Assembly: GCA_009103225.1 (NCBI GenBank)
Contig: RHPI01000260.1
Span: forward strand, 74,225 to 138,224
Direction: 5' to 3'
DNA: 64,000 bases
Origin: Chlorokybus atmophyticus
Taxonomy: Eukaryota; Plantae; Mesostigma and Chlorokybus algae
In this document: piece by piece, positions 1 through 11,600 of the stretch
How positions within the stretch are numbered: the first letter of the stretch is position 1
How the letters are laid out: the number at the start of each line of letters is the position of its first letter
The notes under the pieces: model-generated
What the model was told of the DNA's origin: nothing
Databases searched by the model: none
Seen by the model: only the letters and a program-made list of their open reading frames with translations
Position numbers and translations under genes: made by a program

Positions 1-424
1 CGAGGCCAATGTGTGGCAGCCGCGAGGCAAGTATGATGGTCAACGCAGCAATGCCAATGCATGTAGCCTTGGATATTGGTGTTCTAGATTGGAGAGCAGC
101 AAGGGGGAGTATATAGTAGTGTCTCAACAAGTGTTGGGGCAGCTCTTGAGGTGCATACTTCACTCTTGTGTGTGGGGTGCCCAGTTTGGTTGTTCAACGG
201 GCTCTCCGCTTCATCCCTAGTGGGGTGTTCGTGGCAGCTCTGCACGTGTGTGTGGGGTGTGCTTGACTGTGTGTGCTCCTGGAGCTGAGTGGAGATGTTG
301 GCGAGATGTTGGCCATCCTCTCCTTCCTTGGTGCGGTGCTGTAGCTTCCTTGTCGAGTGCTGCACCGGTGGTGCTGGTAGGGCTTCCATCTGTAAATCCT
401 TGTGCTTGTGCATAGGTTTGCCAA

Positions 425-471
425 GCTAACCACCAAGTACGTGAGTAGTACTCACGGTCTTGGTGGTTAGC
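425..471. repeat. Near-perfect palindrome/hairpin (13-bp outer arms plus 8-bp inner arms)
   Basis: GCTAACCACCAAG (425-437) is the exact reverse complement of CTTGGTGGTTAGC (459-471). The inner CGTGAGTA/TACTCACG also pair. CTAG follows at 480-483. Confidence 0.9.
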
Positions 472-499
472 GACGTATGCTAGCAGTAAACGTCACATT

Positions 500-1000
500 G
501 GTGTCGGAGCTTGTGTTTCAAGCCTTGCATGCTTGCTCATTAGCTTGAGCACTTGCTGAATGGTGCATGCGTTGCATTTCTTGCTGACATGCACTACACG
601 GTAATGTTTCACTCTGATTGTGCATAGTAGCTGGTATAACCGGCTGCATGCACACTTGCATGCACGGTATGGGCCATATTGCACGCTCATCTGTGCACTA
701 GTTGTGTGCTTTTGCTGCACGTGTGCGACCATGCACGCATAGTCGCTCGCGGCTGCACTAATTGCACGCATGTGCGCGTGTGCGCGTATGTGCATGCGTA
801 TGCACGTACATGCATATGTTATGATGCTGTCTCAGCTGCACGCACGTTTGCATGTACATTGTGAACTGTTAGTGACACCGAATTATGCACTAGTAGTGTG
901 CATTTGTTGCTTATGCGCGGCTTTGTACATGCACTTGCATGCTGAAGCAATTGCTGCACGTATGCGCGCATGTGCATGCATTTGCGCATGAGTGCATCCC
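500..1000. repeat. Alternating purine-pyrimidine (TG/CA/CG-rich) low-complexity tract with a degenerate internal repeat
   Basis: Runs such as TGCACGCATGTGCGCGTGTGCGCGTATGTGCATGCGTATGCACGTACATGCATATG (~760-815). GCACTAGT.GTGTGC.TTTG.TGC occurs near 694 and near 887. Confidence 0.7.
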
Positions 1001-1160
1001 GTGACACAAGAGTCTACAAACCGGACGTGCATGGGGCAAATCTCCCCCTGGGTAGGAGCTAGAGCGCCTGTTGTAAGAGCATTCAAAACCAATTGCTCTT
1101 CCAGCGAGGGCGGCAGCACTAGTTTGTTAGTCTATTGATATTGCGCAATACTCGCCGCTC

Positions 1161-1193
1161 CCGACTGTCGGTGGATAGTCCACCGACAGTCGG
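1161..1193. repeat. Perfect 15-bp inverted repeat with 3-nt loop, upstream of the hydrolase gene
   Basis: CCGACTGTCGGTGGA-tag-TCCACCGACAGTCGG. Confidence 0.95.
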
Positions 1194-1404
1194 CCATTTT
1201 GGCTGGACCCTGGATGTAAAAGCAGAAAAAGCCTCGATGCTCTTATCTCGAAGCAAGCGCCCCTTGGTATAACAGGCGCTTTCCAAACGTGGCTCTTACA
1301 TCGAGGGCAGAGGCTGTATTGCTTCTCAGCTCTGGTCTAGTGGGAATCAGTGGCGAGGCTGCCACGTGGAGGCGGCGGTGGAGGCGGCAAGGGAGGTGGT
1401 GGCG

Positions 1405-4400
1405 ATGTGGGCGAGCTGGTGGGGGTGGTTTGCGCTCGACACCGCTGTTGCCACGTGGCTGGCGGTGGTGGTTGCAGCAGTGGTGTGGCTCTACCGCACA
1501 CTTGAGCTGCACCTGCTGGGCTATCTCTGGAACGGAGTCAGCGCACCCACCATCGCCTGCAACCCTCAGTCCAGATTGATCAACAAGCTGCTGGAAAGCT
1601 GCCCTTCCTTGTGTAAACGGTAGGTGCTAGCTGCTGTGCTGCTCAGTCGCAGTGGAGGACAACTGTGCAGTGCCATCAGTGGACAGCAGATTGCAGATTG
1701 CATGTTGGAGTGCAATTAATGTTCAGTAACTTACCGAAAGATTTGGGTGCGGCTTTGCCTAGCTATCAGTCTTACCGCCGGGCACTCATAATTGAACGCT
1801 TACGGTGCTTGCATGTTGTCGAATTGGTGCATGCGTAATCGCACCCGTGCATGTTGGCAGTTCACCATCCCCTTGCTACGTGCATGTCCATACGTATACT
1901 GGTAGTAATGCTACTCGTGTTCTGCATAACGCATACTGGGCAACGTGCTCGTGCACTCCAATCTGCACGTGTGTATGATTGTGCCCTGTGCACAGGTATT
2001 GGCCGACAGTGTGGCTGTGCAGTCCGCACTTGCAAACTGCGTACGTGCATTTCGCAGATGGGGCACCTCAGTTCGCCTACAGAAGGTGAGAATATAAATC
2101 AATGCTCACCACCGGAAGCAGACTGCGTTGCACCAGTACATGACTTGCAAGCAGCCGGTTGCATGCTATCACACTCAAATGTGGTGCCAACAGGGAACTC
2201 ATGGTGCATCCTGACGGTGGCACAAGCGCACTGGACTGGGCGGAACCCTCACGTAAGTGTGTTCATATGCACGTTCACGTGTGTATGCACGCATGCTCAC
2301 CATACTCACGCGAGGGTGTGCACCAGAGCTGGCTCCCACCACTCCTATCCTGATCATCGTGCCGGGACTCAGCAGCTCATCCGTCAACAATGTGCGTACA
2401 TTGCCTCTCCCGTCAGCAGTTCCTGCTGGTTCCTCTTGCTAACATGCACTCGCATGAACTACAGTATGTGCGCTACATTGTGAGTGCGGGCATCTCGCAC
2501 GGCTGGCGCGTGGCCGTCCTCAACCACAGAGGCCTTGGCGGCGTCAAACTCACCGTAAGCAACACTGCACACCACATGCAATTGCCTTAAGCTGATGTGT
2601 GTGCTGCTATGGTTTTATCTTGCAGTCAAAGAAGCTGTACAATGCTGGATTCACGGACGACCTCCGTCGCACCGTGCGTCGAGTACGTGAGGCCCACCCT
2701 CAGGCGGTCCTCATTGCCGCGGGCGCCAGCCTCGGTGCCAACATTCTCATCAAGTACCTCGGGGAGGAAGGCGCTGCGGCAAAGGCTGAGGAAGACCGAG
2801 GGGGAGTGTCGGATATTGCTGGAGCTGTCGCCATTGGATGCCCCTTTGACCTACAAGTATGCACATGTGTGTGTGCATATTTGCAGGTTTCGTGCATGGA
2901 CGCGCATGCGCACGTGTGTGCTTTGTCACCATTATATGGGTTGCTTAACTTCTTTCTCAACTCACTGCCTTCAGCTGGACAATAATCTGTTCACAGGTGG
3001 GCGATAGGCACTTGCGAGGCAAGCGGTTGCAACAGCGTGCTTATGCGCGAGCGCTGTCGTCGAGCCTGGCGGATTTTGCTGCTTCGCACGCTGACATGCT
3101 TGGAGACCTGTGCGACCTGCAGACCCTGAAAAAGGTGGGCGTTGGTTGGACAAGAGTGCTTAGTTGTTATGTCGCAGTGAAGGCCAAGGGTGCATTGTGT
3201 GCAGTTCACAACCATACGCGAGTTTGACGACCGCATCACAAGGCTTGGACTATATGAAACTGTAGACCACTACTACAGGTAAGTGTCGCTCCCACACGTG
3301 TGTGCTGCTGTTGTTGATGTGTTTGGTTTTATCGTATGACCGTTCAGCAACCAATCCATTGTTTTGCACCACTTCAGAACAGCATCATGCGCACAATGGG
3401 TGACACGAGTTCGGGTCCCTCTGCTCGCGTTCTCAGCAATGGATGATCCAGTTTGCCCATCACAGGTGCAACTGCGTACCAAGCACAGAACATCCAACCT
3501 GCATGTACACCTGATGTTCGCATGAACCACGCCAATAACAAGAGGTAAGTCTTAGCACTTTGTTTGGTGTGATCAGGCGATACCCTGGGATGAGGCGCGC
3601 GTGTCTCCAAATGTGGCAATTGCAGCAACAGCTAGGGGAGGCCACTTAGGTGCCTACCTGCTAACTACTGACACCTGCATGCCGCCTATCAGCTTTGCTG
3701 TAAAAAATGACTACTGGCATGCAAGTTATGTACATGTGGCTGACTGTAACTGTGCACAGGGTTTTATGAAGGGACACTGAATCCATCACCTTGGTGAGTG
3801 CATGTTACAGGACACGTTCTCAGTGTCCCCATTGTCCTTTGTCGTATAATACTGGGACAGGATGTACATTGCTAGCTCCTTGTGCTGAACACGGACTACT
3901 ACAACAGGCACGTCAAGCCCATGATGGAGTTTCTCACAGCGGTTCTGGAGGCTGCCAGCCCAGTTGCACCGTGCAAAGCCATCCAGCAAGGAGAAGTTTG
4001 TGAACCTGTGCAAGACATCGCAGCAGCGCTTGCACACGCATTGGCGCCATCTTCCCCTGTAACAGAAGCGCCTTCTTCGTCGTCAGCGTCTGCTCAGGAA
4101 GAGCAGCTGGAGGATGCATCGGAAGGGCAGGCGAGTACACCCTCTGTGCCTGATAGTGAAGGGAATGCGCTGGCTACACAGGATGATTTGCAGCCGTATG
4201 AGACTGAAGAGTGCAGCCCGACGAAAGGCCTGGATGTGAAGCTGCATATCAAGAACAAAGCGCAGCTTGTGGCCATGGCTCAAACGCTGAGCACGCTGCA
4301 CCAGCAGGCAAGTCTGTGGGTTGCATGGTCTGTAATTTACGTCACTGTTGATACGCCCTCATCATGGTGACTGGCCTTTTGTTGAGAACTGACCTCCTTT

Positions 4401-4872
4401 GCAGCTTGTCAAGGCAGGCAAGCTGGATGTCTCGTTGCTATGTGCAAATGGGACAAGCTCACGCATCCATGGAGTGGACAGCCTGGATGCATTGACTGAA
4501 GACACCAGCCAAAAACTCATGAACGGGCATGCCGACACATACACACAAACAGCGACAAGCGTAAGCAAGGACACGTCCCAGGTTGAGAGCAACTACGCAA
4601 ATGTGCACACACAAACACAAAGCAGCGGCGAGGGCACGAACGATACCAAGACTGTGGAAAACGTGACCAGTTACAAACAGAAACGGAAGCTGACACCTTT
4701 GAAGACGAGTTTTGAAGATAATCACGTCCACAACCAATCTGCGGCATATCAGCGTAGCCTCAGTGCGTTCAATTTTGTGATAGCAGCTACTGTTGTATTG
4801 ACTGTTGCGTACCCGCTCATTAGCTACGTGCGGGTGAGAGGTTCGAGACGACCCTTCAGGCTTGCCTTGTAA
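1405..4872 (+). CDS. Alpha/beta hydrolase, ABHD1/3 / YheT / EMB8-like family, multi-exon, with N-terminal and C-terminal TM segments
   Basis: Exons give HLQTA, PDGGTSALDW, IIVPGLSSSS, VAVLNHRGLGG, YNAGFTDDL, nucleophile motif GASLGANIL, REFDDRIT, SAMDDPVC (Asp) and GGHLG (His). Start ATG 1405 (MWASWWGW...), stop TAA 4870-4872. Confidence 0.85.
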
Positions 4873-5201
4873 GTAAACACTCCCTTTCCTAGTCGCCAGT
4901 AGGCGCTGTTTGTGTACCCTGCTGCATGTGTGCTGCTGTGCACAACTTCTATGGCAGTCTGGTGACCAAAGCTGAAACGCCACATTATCCTGACAATATG
5001 CCATGCGCGGCTCAGTCATTGCCTGCCACTTGATTGTTGGTTGCAAGTGAAGTAATGCACTGTTCGTACACGGGTCCTTGCAGATTTGAAGCTTATAATC
5101 CTTTACTGCTTGCTTGAACTGCCCGTTGAATCAGCAGTAGCACCAATGACACTGCACAGTGCAGTTGCTCAATTCGCAAATGCCTTCACATCCATCTTCT
5201 C

Positions 5202-5314
5202 NNNNNNNNNNNNNNNNNNNNNNNNNNNNNNNNNNNNNNNNNNNNNNNNNNNNNNNNNNNNNNNNNNNNNNNNNNNNNNNNNNNNNNNNNNNNNNNNNNN
5301 NNNNNNNNNNNNNN
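5202..5314. other. Assembly gap (N run)
   Basis: 113 consecutive N in the convergent intergenic region between the hydrolase and POLE1. Confidence 1.
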
Positions 5315-5673
5315 CCCGGCATCATCCCAATCCGCTCCTGTTCTGTGCTCGCTCATGAACCCTCCAACATGGCTGCCTCGATGTGATTCTATCATAGCAA
5401 CATTTCGTAGCAAGAACAGCAGGCAACCAGAGTCAGAGCAGGAAAAAGCATGTCCTCAGCGCATTGAATCTGTGAACAAAGCAATGCGCTGTGCTTGTCC
5501 TACTTGCTGACGTCTTCAACAGACTACAAGGTGCAGGTGCATGAACTGGGCAATCATCAGTGCTACTTACACTACTACTGCTGCAAAAATAACAGCACTG
5601 CTTGCTCTGGCTACAATTGCTATGAACTGCTACTGATACAATGGCTACGCTGTGGTAGACTTACAGCATATAC

Positions 5674-8600
5674 TTACAGAGGACCAGGCTGTAAAGCCCA
5701 CTGCACGCACTCCTGCAGCAGCTCAAACCTGTGGTATTTGGCAATGTTCAGGAATACCCGCAGGCTCCGCAAAAACTCTTCGCGCGGTTGCGTGCATACG
5801 TAACGCCCGGCACATCGGCAGTAGTCAGAGAAGTGCTCTCTCTTGACCTAAGGCATTACACAATTGTGGTTCACACTCTGCAGACAAATGACACTGATAT
5901 TGCACAGAATGCAGATCCATAGACGGCTCCCTTTGATGATACTGACTTTAGTGGAACCAGCTTGCAGACTTGATACATCAGAGCATCATACTTGCCTGCT
6001 TGCATTTGCGGCACCGCAGATCCTGCATTTGGTACACGCGTATGCGCTGCCGGGCGATGTGCAGCAGGGTATTTTCCACCCAATCGAGGTCGTAAGGCTG
6101 CCCGCATGCAGGAACAGCGCAGCGCCAGTCGCCCGCCATGATGGCAACGTCACGGCAGATGTCCAGTTCCCGGCAGTCGTTGCAATAACTGCAGGCCATC
6201 ACATGTTCAAATTTGCGCTTCTCAGATAGTGTACAACCAGGAGTCAATCTAGAGCTGCTCTCCTCCCTGTTCAGTACCTGCAAATGACATTGGGCAAAGA
6301 GAACGATAGGCAAGGATCCACGAACTGTGCTTCCTCCGCGTACTCCCCAACTTGAATGGACGCCAGGAGATTCCTCCTCAACACCTACGTCAACACGCCA
6401 GTTAAGTACTGGAGGTCCATACTTTGCTGTTGGTCAGCAGTAAGTAGTTTACATCAGCAAGTGCTGCTCACCGCTACTTCATGTTCAGCGCGTTTATCAA
6501 GGGCCAGCACTGCGCTAACGCTCTTGGCAAACTCGAGCGCCGGTGTTGTATGTGCGCGGTGCGAGCCAGCCAGCTGCGGGAAGTCAAATCCAGCAGCCTG
6601 CGCTCTGGTGCTGCCCGCGTACAGGTGTATCTCTCGCATCCACTTCAAGAGCTTGAAGGTGAAGTATCCAGCCACCTACACAACACCTGCGTTGTTAACA
6701 AAACGCTCCAAACGACTACAGGCCAACCTCATGGCCATGTCACAACACTCGCACGCACCTGTCCACGCAGAAACTCTGCTTCCTCCTCGTCCGCCTCATC
6801 TGCGACAGCCCGCGTGACAGACGGCGTGCATCCATCGTCCTCAGCGTGAGTGTCGGCTTGTAGCTTCGTGCGCGTGTGCTTCCATGGGTTGTAGATGTAC
6901 TCGGACACAATGACAACAAAGCGGTCCTGCACAAGGAGCACGTTTGATATAAGCACCTGCTCTCACACTTACAGTTGATTCCAACGTCCAAGTTGCATAC
7001 CTGTATGGCCTTTGGGAGGTACTCTGCTATGTTCCAGCACGAGACGATTTCAGGCCTCTCGGTCTCCATGTCTTCGTTCTCAAGGCTGCTGCTGGCTTCG
7101 ATGCCGCCATGATTGTACTGCGCATACATGAGTAGCCAGTTTGAGACTTGAAGCAAACTATTCAGCAGTAAACCATGCATGCCTGATTCTGACGACATCA
7201 GCTCACCTGGTCCATGAAAAGCAGGCTGTACCAGAAGCGCTCCTCTCTAAGATGTATGTACTCAAACAGTTCCCTGCAACATATGTTGATACATCACCCT
7301 CGCGCGCTGGAGCATGCTTGTTGTCCAATGCCACTTGTTTGCTGCGATAACCGCATTGCACGGTGCAACATATAACACAGCATCGGTACCTACCTGCTTT
7401 GCAATGCTTGCTGCACGGACTTGACATACTCCACCGCCGCGGCTCTTGTGCGCTTGCCCGTGGTGATAATTATGCGCGTAAAATCGGCAAAGACTATCCC
7501 GGCACCCAGCTTGCGCAACTCGGCCAGCAAGTGCGCAAACATCTTTTGCATCGCCTTTGTGGAAAAGCGTCAGTGCCCACGAGGCATGCATGTGAGGTAA
7601 GACATGCGCATGGCATCTGCAAGCCCCTGATGCATACCTTGTTGAGTAGTCTGTGAAGCGCAGGGTCGTGCAGCTTTGAAATGGGACTGCATAAAAGCCA
7701 GAAGATGAAGAATATGAGCATGATTGCTCATAACATAGTCAGATGATAATCTTGTGATGTTGTGATTCAGAGTGCAATGCATGTTAATACTGCATGTCAA
7801 AAGTATGGCCCAGCTTTTAGCTGATTGACATGCACTCCAGTGCTATGCTAACTTGCCTGCACAACCATCTGTACATTTGCTGAAGCAGGGCATCCGCGAT
7901 GACGTTGCGCGTGTTCACAGCATCAGTCACCCAGTTCTGCACCATCTGCATGGCAGCACAAAGTATGAACACACAAGTATGAATACTCTGAGTCAAAACC
8001 AGACGCATACACCCATTGGAGCTGTATGTGGATATGTTGGTTCTTTGGTTGCGCTCATACCTGCCGCAGGATCTTGAACGAAGCGGCGCAGGACACGCTG
8101 TCATCAGCCTGAAAGCCGCTACTTATGGTGGGGCCGGATCCTTTCATACCCAGCGCGGTGTTGCCTTCCAGTTCATCCAGCAGAGCACTCTTCAGCAGGG
8201 CGTTCACTGCCAAGTGTTGAATCTGCACGCGGGAGCTCTCATGAACTCATAAGAACACGATTTGGGAAGACAAGGACCACCATAAGGTCTGTGCTCATAG
8301 ACAGCCCTGCCTCGTTAACAACAGCATACCTTGAGCTCTACCGTCAATTGTCCGTATGCTCCCGGGTAGCACAGTTCGGGTCGCTGTACCTGCAAAGCGG
8401 ATTAACAGTGTTACACAGTTGCAACTCGAGGAGTTGCACTCGTTGTTGAAACTCAATACTGGTTTTGGTACAAGCATAGTGGCAGGAAGTACCTCGTCTG
8501 TGAAGGACAGCTCGTCTTGCATGGCGACACCCCCGAGGTCTGGCATGCCAGTGTTTGACATCCACAGCACCTGCGCAGCATTGCCATGACACAGTCAAGT

Positions 8601-11600
8601 ATGCTGTTAACAACGAGGCGGCACTGCAAGCCGGCACAGCAAACTTAGACTCACATGATTGTGATCCCGCAGGGCACGCGAGAAGAACACGTCCGCCACA
8701 TACAGCATCCAGTCGGCATCAAAGTTGCCAAGTGGTACCTACGCGTAGGCGCAGTCTGAGAAACATGCCAGGCACTACTGACTTCAGAGCCTGACTTTCT
8801 AGTAAAATATTCGAGCATACATGCGCATATCTTGCCAGCGCTCTGCGTTCCAGCAGCCAGCCAACTGACGCAATGCCGCGCTGAGCCGCAAGCCTGGAGA
8901 CAACAGGCTGCCAACCAAGAGCCTGCACAGAGTTGTGTCAACCACTGTTCAAGTGGACTCGTTAGCGCAAGCCATTGCACATTTGAGTAGCCAACACTTG
9001 CATGTAGTATGCACCTGGTACTGGTTATCGCGCTGGTTGAAGGGCACGGCCAAGCACGGGAACTCCTGCAAGGCGGGTACTTTCTTACAGAAGTCCGTCA
9101 TGCCCTCGCACACCTCCACAACCGCGGCAGTCGGGCCACCCTGACTGCTGCGGTAGTTGCCTATGGCACGCTGTATCAACTTGCAGGCTGCCTCGTGCGA
9201 GCGCTCATACTCAACCTATGACACATAACCACATAGGTCAGGCTTTAACAACAGTGCTGAACAGAACTGTCTGGTATGCAACGATGCCAATTCTGACCTC
9301 AAACTTGATAGATGCGTACAGCTCGCTTTGCTGTGCATGCTGGGCCATAGGGGATGCTGCAATCGAGTCTTTCAGCGCGCGCTCCATCATGCCCGGGGTG
9401 ACCTCCTTGTTGGACACATGGCTGACCACAACCAGCAGTGCCTTTGCCGTGGCGGGAGTGACCAACATGTACACGCCTCGTGTCTCTGAACAGCTGCACC
9501 AATGACACACCAATGGTCCTCAGCCCATGCTGTGTGAAGGGTGTGTCATACAGGCAATGGCACTGTCATAACAAAAAACACCTGTGGTACACGTGAATGC
9601 TGCGCAGGCTGCTGCTGGCATCCCTATCTGGTAGGTAGTCGCACTCAGCGGACATCTTCATCTCAAGGTCCTGAAGAGCAAAGCCTTGTTCCAGGCTGCG
9701 GTTCTCCCGGCGCACGCGCGGCTTCACGCTAGCGGAACAGCCCAGCTCCAGCACCGCGTGGAAATACAGCGGCACTTGGGTTTCATATATGCCCTGCACA
9801 TAAACCAACGACATGCATAAGTAAAGCGGCTCACAAGTGCCTGCATCAAATGTGGTGGCTGCATTCATGCATATGCTCACCTCCACATCTGGGTCAACCA
9901 GGTTGGCAGCCAACTCCTTGGCATTGTCCTGGTAGTTGTCCTCAGAGACGACAATCTGCACGCGTGCACAGTGCGTCAGTTCAGTGCACGGCCTACTCAA
10001 CCCCAAGCCTCCCAACATGCCGCAAACCCTTCTTCTCACATTTTGCAGGTTCAAACAAGGTCTGCTGTGCGGCAGCAACCGGGTGCACTTGCTGCCCAGT
10101 GCGCTGTAGCTGTCCGAGTCCGGAGTTGTGCGAGTGTTGATATAGAACTCCCTGCTGACATGGAGCGGCACGGAGAACATCGCCCCTTCCACGATGACCC
10201 ACGCACGGAAGGAGCCGGGCGTGTCTGCAGGAGAAATTTGCACAATCTGCTCGCCAACCACAGCCAGGGTTAGACGTTTCAACAACTCAATGCTATGCTT
10301 ACAGTAGGGTCCAGGGCCTGATACCATACACACCTGCCAAGGCGTGCTGAGGAGAAGGGCTTCGCGCTGACGGAAGTAGGAGCCAACATCGGCTCGACTG
10401 GAAGGGCCCCTGATGGGAGGAGTGTAAGGTTGCGAGAGCCCTTGCGCACGAGCTTGCCGCATAGCGCGCTCCGCCTCCCGAGCCTCTGCCAACCTTCGCA
10501 ACAACAGCGGTCAGTACACGAATGGTTTTTGCGTACGCGTACAAATGCGTCATACAGACATGCAACAAGACGCACCGCAGTTTTTTGCGCTCGAGGCGCG
10601 CTCTGCGCCATCTGCGCTTGCTGTGTTTCAGCCACCCAACATAGTCGTCTTCGCGCGTGGGACACTCGGCTTCTTCGTCAGTCGGTGCGCCTGCTGGTCG
10701 GTCCTCCTGCCTCTCTGCACGATCATCATCGACATCCTGGCTGGGAGCTTCAGCGTGGCGCTGCTGCTGCTGCGTGTTGGCATGCGTTGCAGCCACCGAA
10801 GTCCTCAGAAAAGAGGCGCTAGTGGCATTTACACCAAAGTCCTCCATGTCCATGTCCATGTCTACGGGTCCGGCTTCTGTGTGCTGCCGCTTTCTGCTGA
10901 ACATATCTGTCAAGGTTCTCTGCCTGTGCAAGTCTTCCTTCTCTCGCACGCGCTTGCCAAGCCAATCCGGATGTTGGACGCGAGGAACCGGGTTGGCAAC
11001 CTGCGTGATACAACCATGCGTGTTGGGAAAATTAGGTAAGCTGTATCAAGTCAACAAGGCTGCATGTGGGATACCCACCTTCTGCATGGCTGCTGGGATG
11101 GTGATGATCTTCTGAATGGCGCTTCCCAACCGTGTTCGGTAGTACTCCCAATCCAAGATGTTGCGCACGTCAAGTTGGTCACCATCAAGCGACTCTTTGC
11201 ACCATCGGCGGAGAAAGGATCTCAGCACGCCTGTCAATGTGATAATCTCAAGACCCATACACATGCAAGCCGGAAGGTGTAGGTCAATGCATGGTGCAGT
11301 AAGCACTGCTAATCTTGAGCTATTGTGAAGTAAGCCTGAAGGTATGTGCAACACAGCATAGTTATTGCATGCGTACTCTTTTCTGTGGAGAATATGGCGA
11401 CCGGTATGGCTCGCTCACTGACAGGCAAACCCTGCATTGCATGCAGCTAGTTGAGTGCGAGCACTATACATCTCTCGGACATTCCATTCAACACACACGC
11501 TGCTTGCCTCAGGCTTGTTCGCAACGATGTACTGGCAGTTGAGCCCCTTGTCCCTGACCATCTCGTCTCCAAGGAAGTCGGCCAGCCGCTTCGCTGTTGT

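Noticed and set aside
84-413. 109-aa minus-strand ORF at the window start
   Set aside because: No recognisable domain or splice structure. It could belong to an upstream gene or repeat but cannot be supported from this window.
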